Shown: in pieces, positions 1-9,024 of the stretch
How the letters are laid out: every line of letters begins with the position of its first letter
How positions within the stretch are numbered: the stretch's first letter is position 1
NCBI GenBank assembly: GCA_963708135.1
Contig: OY970192.1
Span: 5,216,001-5,280,000, forward strand
Length of the DNA: 64,000 bases
Reading direction: 5' to 3'
DNA from: an uncultured Gemmatimonadales bacterium
GTDB lineage: Bacteria; Gemmatimonadota; Gemmatimonadetes; Longimicrobiales; RSA9
Notes under the pieces: model-generated
What the model saw: the letters and a program-made list of their open reading frames with translations, nothing else
Database searches by the model: none
What the model was told of the DNA's origin: nothing
Made by a program: the position numbers and the translations under genes

Positions 1-55
1 GGCAGAACAGGAGCTGCTCGTGGCCGAACTCGGCGAGGGAATCGAAGAGCGGCAT
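1..55 (-). CDS. Glu/Leu/Phe/Val dehydrogenase (leucine dehydrogenase-like), N-terminal fragment running off the window edge
   Basis: ATG at 55 gives MPLFDSLAEFGHEQLLFC, resembling the 'F..M...GHEQVVFC' N-terminus of LeuDH; only 18 codons visible. Confidence 0.6.
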   Translation of the reverse strand, partial: MPLFDSLAEFGHEQLLFC

Positions 56-266
56 CCGGAGGCCCGAGGGGAAAGAGGATCGTCGCGCATAATGCAACCG
101 AGGCCGGGGGCGGGACAAGAATCTGCGCCGAACGCATGGCCTGCGCCCCACACGCCAAGTCCCTATATTGGCCTCCCCTCCCGCGCCCGCCGGAGGGTAC
201 ACCCGCAGGCAGAGCCGACCCGAACCCCCGAGAGCCATGAGACACCCTGTGTCAACCCCCCTGTGT

Positions 267-1514
267 TCAAGCAGCCGCCGCGGTGGGTTCCGCGGGGGTG
301 AAGAAGGGGATAGCCCGTCCGTGTCGGGAGGGGTCGTAGGTGGACCGATTGTGCCAGCAGCGCCACAGCACGCGGACCCAGGCTCGGGCGAGGATTCGGA
401 TTGCGTGCGGGTGATCGCAGCCGCGGGCACGGGCGCACTTGTAGACGGCGGCGGCCCAGGGGTGGGCATGGCGGGAGTTGTCCGCCCAGGTGGTGAGGGC
501 TTGTCGCAGGCGCTTGTTGCAGGCGAAGCGGCAGGCGACGCCGCGATGCTTGCCGGAGCTGTGCGTAACGGGGGCGACGCCGGCTTCGGCGGCGAGCTGG
601 GCGTCGGTGGCGAAGCGGAGCCGGTCGTCGCCGAGCTCGGCGAGAATCTGGGCGGCATTGATGGTGCCGGTGCGGGGGAAGGACTTCAGGATCTCACCGT
701 CGGGATGCTGCGCGAGGTGAGCGGCGATGAGCCCGTCGAGCTCGCGGATCTGAGCCACGAGAGGGCGGAGGACGGCGACCAGGGAACGGACGAGCTGACC
801 TTTGGTCTCGCTCTCGAGCTCGGCGGCCTGCCCTGCGGGGGCGGAGCGGAGCCGCTCGAGGAGCTGATCGACCGGCCGGCGGCCGCAGTAGGCAGTGCGC
901 TTGAGGAATCGTTCGAGGCGCTTGGGCCCGAGGCGGGCGGCGCTCTCCGGGGTGGGGTAGGCGTCCAGGAAATCGAGGGCGATCGGGCTATCGACATCGG
1001 CGAAAATGGCGGCAGCGCCGGCCCAGAAGCTGTCGAGCAGGCTGCGGAGCTGATTGGCGAGCTGGACGCGGGTCGCGACCAGGTCATCGCGGGTGCGAAC
1101 GGCGGCGCGAAGCGCCTTGGTGCGATCGGAGGGGACCCGGAGCGGCCGGAATCGATGCCCATCGGTACGCAGGACGTCGGCGAGGATGTAGGCATCACCG
1201 GGATCGCTCTTCCCCGGAGCCGCGGCGTAGCGGGGCCGGGTGGCCTTGAGGGCGTTCGGGTGGATCGGAACGACCGGGAAGCCGGCCTCGACCAACGTAT
1301 CCACCAGAAGTCCGGACGGCCGCTCGATGGCGATGGGCAGCTGCGCCGGAGAGCTGACGCGACGCAGGCGCCGGATCAGCTCACTCAGCCCACCGGCCGT
1401 GTGAGGGATGGTGAACGCGTCAACGAGGGCGCCGCTGAGATCGAGCACACAGACGTCATGCTTGTCGCTGGCCCAGTCAATTCCGACGAGGTAGCTTGGA
1501 TCCAGTCCTTCCAC
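267..1514 (-). CDS. IS110 family transposase/recombinase (DEDD RuvC + Tnp domain)
   Basis: VGIDWASDKHD, AIE, GKSDPGDA and AGVAPVTHSSGK motifs; GGAGG RBS before GTG. Confidence 0.95.
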   Translation of the reverse strand: MEGLDPSYLVGIDWASDKHDVCVLDLSGALVDAFTIPHTAGGLSELIRRLRRVSSPAQLPIAIERPSGLLVDTLVEAGFPVVPIHPNALKATRPRYAAAPGKSDPGDAYILADVLRTDGHRFRPLRVPSDRTKALRAAVRTRDDLVATRVQLANQLRSLLDSFWAGAAAIFADVDSPIALDFLDAYPTPESAARLGPKRLERFLKRTAYCGRRPVDQLLERLRSAPAGQAAELESETKGQLVRSLVAVLRPLVAQIRELDGLIAAHLAQHPDGEILKSFPRTGTINAAQILAELGDDRLRFATDAQLAAEAGVAPVTHSSGKHRGVACRFACNKRLRQALTTWADNSRHAHPWAAAVYKCARARGCDHPHAIRILARAWVRVLWRCWHNRSTYDPSRHGRAIPFFTPAEPTAAAA

Positions 1515-1544
1515 GCCTCACCTCCGAGCAGAGATTCACTCCCT

Positions 1545-1760
1545 CGCTCCGGCGTTGGAAGGTCTCACCGATCGCTCACTGAAAGGCGCTCTCGGCTTCA
1601 GGTGCCGTGGCGCTACACCCTGTGGTCGGTTGGGGCCTTCCACGCCGGGCAGGGGAGCGGGTCTCATGCGGGCCGTCGAGCGGCAAGCGACGCTGGCTCT
1701 CCCTACCCGGACGCCGAAGCACTTCTCTTGAGCGGCGCGAATCTACGCCCCGCTGAGGGT
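1545..1760 (-). ncRNA. Putative IS110 bridge RNA (target-binding loop about 1710-1645, donor-binding loop about 1646-1551)
   Basis: Two stem-loops whose internal segments match the element junctions: 1615-1624 = 242-251; 1573-1581 = revcomp of 1770-1778; 1661-1668 = revcomp of 236-243. Confidence 0.8.
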
Positions 1761-1771
1761 AAGGTGCACCA

Positions 1772-3568
1772 GTGAGCGCGCACCCTTCCCGACCCGAAGG
1801 TCCGTCCTCCTTCTCCGCTTCCCTGTCCGGCGTGGAGCCGACGGCGCCCGTGGCCGGCGCGGCGGCCGGCGCGGCGCTGCCGCCGGCGCGCCTCGACCGG
1901 CGCCGCTTCATGGCCTACTTCTCGGCGGCCGGTCTCGGGGGGACGCTCTTCCCCGGCGTGCTGTGGGGGAAGGCGCAGGGACGGGAGGTGACGAAGGAGA
2001 TGGTGAAGGATGCCGAGGCGATCGCGGACCTCGACCTCACCGATGAAGAGATCGAGATGATGCTGGACGGGTTGAACCGGAACCGGCAGGCCTATGACGC
2101 CATCCACGCGGTGACGCTGGCGAACGCGGTGGCGCCGGCGGTCCACTTCGACGTCCGACCCCCCGGGACGGAGGTGGCGACGGGCCCCGACGTGGTGCGG
2201 CCGGCGGCGCCGGGGAAGCTGCGCCGCCCGGCGAACCTCGAGGAGGTGGCGTTCTGGCCGGTGACGCACCTGGCGGAACTGGTGCGGACGAAGCAGGTCA
2301 CCTCGACCGAGCTGACGAAGATGTACCTGGGCCGGCTGAAGAAGCATGGGGACCGGCTCCAGGCCGTGATCACGCTGACGGAGGAGCGGGCGCTCCGGCA
2401 GGCGGCGCAGGCGGACGCGGAGATCGCGAAGGGACGCTACCGCGGCCCGCTGCACGGCATCCCCTGGGGCGGCAAGGACCTGCTGGACGTGAAGGGGTAC
2501 CGGACCACCTACGGCGCCAAGCCCTACGAGAACCAGACGCTCGACGACGACGCCACGGTGGTGCAGCGGCTCGACGCCGCGGGCGCCGTGCTGGTGGCCA
2601 AGCTCACGCTGGGCGCCCTCGCCATGGGCGACGTCTGGTTCGGCGGCAAGACTCGCAACCCCTGGGATCTCGAGCAGGGCTCGAGCGGCTCCTCCGCCGG
2701 GCCGGCGGCGGCCACGGTGGCCGGGCTCGTCGGCTTCAGCATCGGGACGGAGACGCTCGGCTCGATCGTCTCGCCGTCCACGCGCTGCGGCGCCTCGGGG
2801 TTGCGCCCGACCTTCGGCCGGGTGCCGCGCACGGGCGCCATGGCGCTCTCCTGGAGCATGGACAAGATCGGCCCGATCTGCCGCGCCGCCGAGGACTGCG
2901 CGCTGGTGCTGCGCGCGATCAAGGGGCCGGACGGGCAGGACCTCACGGTCTACGACGCGCCGCTCCGCTACGACGCCTCCGTCAAGCCGGCCGACCTGCG
3001 GATCGGCTACTACAAGAGCGCCTTCGAGGGCGACTACCCGAACCGGGAGTTCGACCAGAAGGCGCTGGACGTGCTGCGGGACCTGGGCGCCCGCCTCATC
3101 CCCTTCGAGCTGCCGACGACGTACCCGCTCGGCGCGCTGCGCATCATCCTGAACGCCGAGGCCGCCGCCGCCTTCGACGAGCTCACCCGCAGCGGCCGCG
3201 ATGACCTGCTGGTCAGCCAGGACAAGAACTCGTGGCCGAACTCGTTCCGCACCGCGCGCTTCATCCCGGCGGTCGAGTACCTGGAGGCGAACCGGATCCG
3301 CACGCTCATCATGAAGGAGCTGCACGAGGCGATGGACCCGATCGACGTCTTCGTCTCGCCGTCGTTCCGCGGCAGCACGCTGCTCATGACCAACCTGACG
3401 GGGCAGCCCACGGCCGTGGTGCCCAGCGGCTTCACGGACAAGGGGACGCCCGTCAGCATCTCGTTCGTCGGCAAGCTGTGGGGGGAGGGCGCCGCAGTCG
3501 AGCTGGCGCGGGCCTACCAGGCGGCGACGGACTTCAACACGAGGGTGCCGCCGCTGTTCGCCGTGTGA
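1772..3568 (+). CDS. Amidase signature family protein, Tat-like leader, GatC-like N-terminal segment
   Basis: GPLHGIPWGGKD, GSSGSSAG, GTETLGSIVSP motifs; RRRFMAYF twin-arginine-like motif. Confidence 0.9.
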   Translation: MSAHPSRPEGPSSFSASLSGVEPTAPVAGAAAGAALPPARLDRRRFMAYFSAAGLGGTLFPGVLWGKAQGREVTKEMVKDAEAIADLDLTDEEIEMMLDGLNRNRQAYDAIHAVTLANAVAPAVHFDVRPPGTEVATGPDVVRPAAPGKLRRPANLEEVAFWPVTHLAELVRTKQVTSTELTKMYLGRLKKHGDRLQAVITLTEERALRQAAQADAEIAKGRYRGPLHGIPWGGKDLLDVKGYRTTYGAKPYENQTLDDDATVVQRLDAAGAVLVAKLTLGALAMGDVWFGGKTRNPWDLEQGSSGSSAGPAAATVAGLVGFSIGTETLGSIVSPSTRCGASGLRPTFGRVPRTGAMALSWSMDKIGPICRAAEDCALVLRAIKGPDGQDLTVYDAPLRYDASVKPADLRIGYYKSAFEGDYPNREFDQKALDVLRDLGARLIPFELPTTYPLGALRIILNAEAAAAFDELTRSGRDDLLVSQDKNSWPNSFRTARFIPAVEYLEANRIRTLIMKELHEAMDPIDVFVSPSFRGSTLLMTNLTGQPTAVVPSGFTDKGTPVSISFVGKLWGEGAAVELARAYQAATDFNTRVPPLFAV

Positions 3569-3665
3569 CGCGCGCCCGGCCGCGGCCGGCGCGCGGCACA
3601 CAACGTGCCCGGGAGCGTTGCGCGGGCTGGAAAAACGGGGCCGCGTCGATCAGGACAGTCGCATC

Positions 3666-5630
3666 ATGGACATCGTAGCCACAGCGCCGGTGGACGAGAC
3701 CGGGCGCCGCGCGGTCGAGCGGCTGCCCCGGGATCTCGTCATCCCGATCCTCGCCTTCCTGCTGCTCTCGCTCATCGCCCTGGTGGTCGTCCCGTTGCTC
3801 AGCCAGCGGCGCATCGACGACGCCCGCGCCATGCTCGGCTCCGTGGGCGACCCCGCATCGGCGCTCATCCACGAGGTGAACTCGATGACCGCCGTCGAGA
3901 TGGCGGCGCTGAACGGCTACCTGCTCACCGGCGACGCGCACTACCTCGGCCGCTACCGCGCCGCCCTGGACCGGGAGCGCACCCTCTACGGCCGCCTCGC
4001 CCCCCTGGTCGCGCGGCTCTCGCCCGATCTGGCCGGCAACTACTACGAGCTGCGCGCGGCCAAGGCGCGCTGGCTGGCGGCGACCGAGGACGTCGTGACC
4101 GGGCGCATCACGCCCGCGGCGTTCCGCTCCCGCGTCCCGGCCATGCAGAGCCTCTACGAGCAGGCGCTCTTCGCGGGCAACCGCCTGGCCGCGGACATCC
4201 GCCACGACCAGGAGCGGCGGCGCATCGAGCTGAGCACACGCCAGACGGACAGCAACCGGACGGAGATCGCGCTCGTGCTGGTCGCGCTCGCCGCCGCCTT
4301 CGCTGTCTCCTGGCTCGTCTACCGGCTGCGCCAGCTCGCGCTCGGACAGCAGCGTCTCGCCGAACAGCTGGCGCGGCGCGCGCGCGACGAGGCCCGGCTG
4401 CGCGAGCTGGCCCGCTCGCTGACCGGGGCGCACGACGTCCGGGAGGTGCTCCGCCGCATCAGCGAGAGCGCGCTCGAGGGCACCGGCGCCCAGAGCGCGT
4501 ACGTCGAGCAGCTCGATGCCGCCTCGGCGCAGGTCGTCGTGGCCGCCTCCGCGGGCGGGCAGGCGCCGCCGCTCGAGACCCGCGTTCCCTACCCGGGCTC
4601 CGTCGCGGAGGAGGCGGTGCTCTCCGGCGACGTGGTCATGGTCCCCGACGTCGGCGCGGATGCCCGGCCCATGTCGCGGCTGCTGCGCTCGGCGTGTGGG
4701 GACTGCATGCAGCTCGTCGTCCCGCTCGTCTCCGATGGCGCCGCCCTCGGCGCGCTGGGGCTCTTGCGGACGCGGCAGGGACCCGCCTTCGGCGCGGAGC
4801 AGATCGCGCGGGCGCGGGTGCTCGCGGATCTCGCCTCGCTGGCGCTGCGCCGCGTCGCGCTGCTGGAGGAGGCCGACCGGCGGCGCGCGGACGCGGAGCA
4901 CCTGTTGGAGAGCAAGTTCCGGCTGGTGCGCGGCCTCGGCCACGACCTGAAGAACCCGCTCGGCGCGGCGGAGGGGTACGCGCAGCTGCTGGAGACGGGG
5001 ATCCACGGGCAGCTCACGGGGAAGCAGCGCGAGTACCTCGGGCTGACCCGGCGCTCGCTGCGGGCCGCGCTGGACCTGATCAACGACATGCTCGAGCTCT
5101 CTCGCGCGGAGGCGGGGCGGCTGCGCGTGGCGGCCCGCGCCTGCGACGTCGCCGTGCTGGCCGAGGAGATCGCCGCCGAGCACCGCGGCACCGCGGAGCG
5201 GGCCGGCCTCGTCCTCGAGGCGAAGCTCTGCCGGCCGCTGCCGCCCGTGCAGACGGATCCGGCGCGGGTGCGGCAGATCCTGGGGAACCTGATCGGCAAC
5301 GCGATCAAGTATACGCCGGAAGGAGGACGGGTCACGGTGCTGGCGGCGGCGCGCGCGCGCCTGGACGTACCCGGCGTCGCCCTGGATGTGGTCGACACCG
5401 GCTACGGCATCCCGCACGACGAGCTCGACCACATCTTCGAGGAGTTCCACCGGCTGGAGCTCAGCGACGAGATCGACCGCGGCGCGGGGCTCGGGCTGGC
5501 CGTGAGCCGCCGCATCGCGCGCATCCTGGGCGGCGAGCTCACCGTGACCAGCCACTACGGCGACGGCGCGACCTTCACTCTCTGGCTGCCCGCCACGGCC
5601 ATCACAGCCGGAACAGATAGCTCAGCTTGA
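3666..5630 (+). CDS. Membrane sensor histidine kinase (periplasmic helical sensor, GAF, HisKA, HATPase)
   Basis: Two TM segments, H-box GHDLKNPL, NLIGNAIKY, DTGYGI, GAGLGL; start codon approximate. Confidence 0.9.
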   Translation: MDIVATAPVDETGRRAVERLPRDLVIPILAFLLLSLIALVVVPLLSQRRIDDARAMLGSVGDPASALIHEVNSMTAVEMAALNGYLLTGDAHYLGRYRAALDRERTLYGRLAPLVARLSPDLAGNYYELRAAKARWLAATEDVVTGRITPAAFRSRVPAMQSLYEQALFAGNRLAADIRHDQERRRIELSTRQTDSNRTEIALVLVALAAAFAVSWLVYRLRQLALGQQRLAEQLARRARDEARLRELARSLTGAHDVREVLRRISESALEGTGAQSAYVEQLDAASAQVVVAASAGGQAPPLETRVPYPGSVAEEAVLSGDVVMVPDVGADARPMSRLLRSACGDCMQLVVPLVSDGAALGALGLLRTRQGPAFGAEQIARARVLADLASLALRRVALLEEADRRRADAEHLLESKFRLVRGLGHDLKNPLGAAEGYAQLLETGIHGQLTGKQREYLGLTRRSLRAALDLINDMLELSRAEAGRLRVAARACDVAVLAEEIAAEHRGTAERAGLVLEAKLCRPLPPVQTDPARVRQILGNLIGNAIKYTPEGGRVTVLAAARARLDVPGVALDVVDTGYGIPHDELDHIFEEFHRLELSDEIDRGAGLGLAVSRRIARILGGELTVTSHYGDGATFTLWLPATAITAGTDSSA

Positions 5631-7971
5631 AGAAGAAGCCGTCCTCCGTTCGCTGGAGCCCCCGCAGCGTGTAGGCATCCGCCGCGAGCGAGCCGCCGTA
5701 CCCCGCGAAGATCACGGTGCCCGGGTTGGGCTGATAGGAGAAGAGCCAGTCGGCGCGGAAGCCGTTGGCGCTCTCGATCGTGGTGGGCGCGAAGACGCCC
5801 GGCGCGATGCGGAGCAGGATCGGGCCGCCCGTGCCGGCCTCGTCGCGGAGCGCGTCGCGCCAGGTGGAGGTGTACTGCCCGACGAAGCGGAAGAAGATCG
5901 GCCGGGAGAGCTGGTACTCGACCTTGAGGCGCGGGATCCGCTGCAGCAGCACCGTCGTGAAGTCGGAGGGCCGGATGACGCGCCGGTGCAGGTAGCTGGT
6001 GCTGACGCGCAGCCGGTCGGAGGGGCGCAGGTCGAGGCTGCCGTTGGCGTTCAGCACGTAGCCCTGCGCCCACTCGTCGAAGTCTGTGTCGCGCGACCCG
6101 GTGAGGGAGAGGCTCGCGGCGAAGGTATGGAACTGCGGCGTCGAGACGCTGCCGCCGAGGCCCAGGTCGGTGAGGCGGTTGCGCCCGACGAAAGGCACCG
6201 TGTCCGTGCCGGCCGCGGCCCCCGGCACGGCCACGTAGTAGTCCTCGTAGAACGTGGGCGGGAAGCGGAGCGACTGGACGGAGGCGTTCAGGCCGAGCTT
6301 CCAGCCGCCGCGCAGCGTGAAGCTGTTGCTGGCCGTGGTGCCGAAGTCGTTCGGCACGCGCCCGTCGAAGAACAGCGGGTAGTCCCAGCGTCCGGAGGTG
6401 TGGAAGAAGACCGTGTAGTTTTCCAGCAGCGCGCCCCGCCCGCCATAGTAGCTGTAGCGGTTCATGACCGTGGCGTTGACCACCCCGGTGCGCGTGAGGA
6501 ACCCCGCCCCCGCGTCGAAGGCCGAGTCCACCCCCTGGAGCGAGTAGTGGAAGCCGAAGCTGCGGCCGGTGCGGTCCACCACCGCCTCCCACAGCGGCGC
6601 GGTCGTGGTGGCGCCGGCCGAGCGCGTGAAGCTGCCGGCCGCCTGCGCCTCGAAGAAGTAGAGCTTGCCGAAGACGATGCGCGTGTCCAGCTCCGCCACC
6701 CGGTTGTAGTCGGCGCCGGCCACGCGATCCGTGTACGCCAGCCCCGCCGTGGACTGCGCGCCCAGGTCCCGCCGCAGCCGGAGGATGTTGTAGACGGGGT
6801 GGGTGCTGCCGTCGCCGTTCGGGTCGTCCACGGCCGAGAGCAGGCCCACGTCCGTGCCCCCCACCTTCCCCGTCAGCTTGGCCGCCGTGAGCGGGTTCAC
6901 GATCCGGCGGGTGTAGATCAGCGTGTTCGGGGTCTGGAACTGCTCGATGCCCTCGAGGAAGAACGGTCGCTTCTCGGGGAAGAAGAGCGCATCGCGCGGA
7001 TCCGTGACGATCTGCCCGGCGTCTGCCTCGACCTGCGAGAAGTCGGGGTTGACGGTCCCGGTGAGCGCCAGGTTGGGCGTCACGCCCCAGCGCACGTTGC
7101 CGCCGGGCTGGAGCCGGCCCGGCGTGTATTCCCAGCCTGCCGCGCCGGCGGGCGCGCCGCCCGGCGGGATCGGCGGGCTCTCGGCCGGGGCGCCGGTCAC
7201 GCGCTCCGTCACCACGGGGTTCACGTCCAGCACCAGCCCCCGCCTGAGGTCCGTCAGCCCCTCCAGCTTGCCGCTCTGCGCGAGGAACGACGCGGAGGCC
7301 TTCCTGGCGGGGGTCCACGTCTCCTGGTAGCCCGAGTGCTGCACGTTGCGGATGATGTTCAGCCCCCACGTCTGCACGTGGCCGGACTGGAACCGCAGGC
7401 TCTTGAACGGAATGCGGATCTCCACCTCGAACCCCCACGGCTCCACGTGCCCCTTGGAGTCGTAGATGAAGTCCGGGTTCAGGTCCGTGCCGCTGAAGTC
7501 CTGGTTCTGCCCCGGCCCGCCCGGGTTGCCGCCCTCGCTGCGGATCCCGTCCGACTGCACGCCCAGCGGGTTGACGCCGAAGACCAGCGCCCGCCGCCCC
7601 GCGTCGAAGGTGTCCAGCAGGAGCTGGAGGTTGTCGTCGCCATCGATCCGGTCGCGGTCCGCGAGCGTGGCGTGCACGGCGCCGTGCGGCTCGAACGCGC
7701 GGATCCCGAAGTAGATGGCGTGCGCATCGTACCAGACCAGCACCGCCGTCGAGTCCGGCGCCGGCTGGCCGTCCACCGGCTGGTACTCCGAGAAGCCGGT
7801 GAGCACCGCCGCCTGCTTCCAGACGGCCTCGCTCAGGCTGCCGTCCACGGTGATGTCCGCCTCGAGGCGGGGCGCCTGTACGACGATCTCCCCCGCGCGG
7901 CCGTTGTAGACGCGCGGGGCCGGCGCCTGCGGCGTCGCGAGCTGGAGGGCGCACAGCAGCTTGAGCAGCAT
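5602..7971 (-). CDS. CBM9-like/DUF5916 outer-membrane protein
   Basis: N-terminal DG.L.E..W CBM9-like motif, NPDFSQVEAD and FFPEKRPFF motifs, C-terminal KLSYLFRL beta-signal. Confidence 0.8.
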   Translation of the reverse strand: MLLKLLCALQLATPQAPAPRVYNGRAGEIVVQAPRLEADITVDGSLSEAVWKQAAVLTGFSEYQPVDGQPAPDSTAVLVWYDAHAIYFGIRAFEPHGAVHATLADRDRIDGDDNLQLLLDTFDAGRRALVFGVNPLGVQSDGIRSEGGNPGGPGQNQDFSGTDLNPDFIYDSKGHVEPWGFEVEIRIPFKSLRFQSGHVQTWGLNIIRNVQHSGYQETWTPARKASASFLAQSGKLEGLTDLRRGLVLDVNPVVTERVTGAPAESPPIPPGGAPAGAAGWEYTPGRLQPGGNVRWGVTPNLALTGTVNPDFSQVEADAGQIVTDPRDALFFPEKRPFFLEGIEQFQTPNTLIYTRRIVNPLTAAKLTGKVGGTDVGLLSAVDDPNGDGSTHPVYNILRLRRDLGAQSTAGLAYTDRVAGADYNRVAELDTRIVFGKLYFFEAQAAGSFTRSAGATTTAPLWEAVVDRTGRSFGFHYSLQGVDSAFDAGAGFLTRTGVVNATVMNRYSYYGGRGALLENYTVFFHTSGRWDYPLFFDGRVPNDFGTTASNSFTLRGGWKLGLNASVQSLRFPPTFYEDYYVAVPGAAAGTDTVPFVGRNRLTDLGLGGSVSTPQFHTFAASLSLTGSRDTDFDEWAQGYVLNANGSLDLRPSDRLRVSTSYLHRRVIRPSDFTTVLLQRIPRLKVEYQLSRPIFFRFVGQYTSTWRDALRDEAGTGGPILLRIAPGVFAPTTIESANGFRADWLFSYQPNPGTVIFAGYGGSLAADAYTLRGLQRTEDGFFFKLSYLFRL

Positions 7972-8154
7972 CGATCTATTTCGAGTCTGGCCGGAGTCTC
8001 GGGAGCGTGCCCGGGGCACGGATTCTTCCGCCGAAGTGTAATGCCGCCGCCCCCCGAGCGCGACCCGGCACGCTCGCGGTGGCGCGCGGGCCATCCGCCG
8101 CCCGCGGAACGGGCCCGGGCCGGTGCCCCCGGGGCGCCCAGGTCCGGGGGCGGG

Positions 8155-8183
8155 TTGACAACGGCCGTGCCGCGACCTAGCTG
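8155..8183 (+). promoter_or_regulatory. Candidate sigma70 promoter TTGACA-N17-TAGCTG
   Basis: Perfect -35 and 17-nt spacer upstream of the SRPBCC gene; -10 imperfect. Confidence 0.4.
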
Positions 8184-8261
8184 CAGTTCTGCCCCGCGCG
8201 TGCCGGGTCGTCCGGGGCGGGGAGCGGGCGGGCGGCGGACCCAGGAACGGGAGGGCATGGT

Positions 8262-8771
8262 ATGGCGTGGGCGTTGCTCGCCGGCGGTGTCGTGGTGCTG
8301 CTCGTGCTCGTCGCGGCCGTGGGCGCGCTCCTGCCGCGCGGCCACAGTGCGTCCCTGTCCGCCCACTACGCCGTGCCGCCCGAGACCCTCTGGACCGTGC
8401 TGACCGACGTCGAGTCCTACCCGTCCTGGCGGCCGCGCGTGCGCCGGGTCGAGCTGCTGGCCCCCGCCCATGCGCACCTCCGCTGGCGCGAGCACGCGCG
8501 GGGCGGGTCCGTCACCCTCGAGGCGATCGTCGCCGAACGGCCCCGCCGGCTGGTCATCCGCGTGGCCGACCTCGATCTACCGTTCGGCGGCAGCCGGAGC
8601 TACGAGATCGCGCCCGAGGGCGAGGGCAGCGTCCTGACCGTGCGCGAGACGGGCGAGGTCTACCATCCCGTGGTACGCTTCCTCTCGCGCCTCGTCTGGG
8701 GCCGCCACGCGCGCGTCCGGCGGCTGCACGCCGCGCTGCGCCGCCACCTGGCCGGCCGCCGGGGCGCCTAG
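8262..8771 (+). CDS. SRPBCC (polyketide cyclase/START-like) family protein
   Basis: PPETLWTVLTDVESYPSWRP motif; N-terminal TM helix. Confidence 0.8.
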   Translation: MAWALLAGGVVVLLVLVAAVGALLPRGHSASLSAHYAVPPETLWTVLTDVESYPSWRPRVRRVELLAPAHAHLRWREHARGGSVTLEAIVAERPRRLVIRVADLDLPFGGSRSYEIAPEGEGSVLTVRETGEVYHPVVRFLSRLVWGRHARVRRLHAALRRHLAGRRGA

Positions 8772-9024
8772 GGTCTACGGTCCACGGGACCGTCCGGCCC
8801 GCCTCGTGCAGGGCGCGCGGCGGCGGGTGAGCGTCGCCGCGGCCGGCGGAGGCCGCCGCCCGTTGCGTGTTTCGCCGGCAAATGCTTTCTTTGAGGGTGC
8901 CGCCCGTGTGCGCGGTCGGCCGTCGAATGGCCGGAACGCGCGGGCGCATCCGCGCGTACAAGCAGAGGGTGGCCCGCCGGAGCAGGCTCGCGCCCGAACG
9001 AATCCCCAGCACAACGGACTGTCC

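Larger units (their letters stand above)
238..1776 (-). mobile_element. IS110-family insertion sequence, complete, TGAG (CTCA on - strand) present at both junctions
   Basis: Transposase plus noncoding ends; TGAG at 238-241 and 1773-1776; removing the element and one TGAG restores GAGAGCC-ATG-AGC-GCG-CAC, the amidase start. Confidence 0.9.

Noticed and set aside
1694..1701. GAGAGCCA in the IS left end is complementary to the right target flank
   Set aside because: It mostly falls in the stem of the target-binding hairpin; likely coincidental rather than a guide
1772..3568. gatA assignment for either amidase
   Set aside because: Export signals and no gatB nearby; generic amidase signature only
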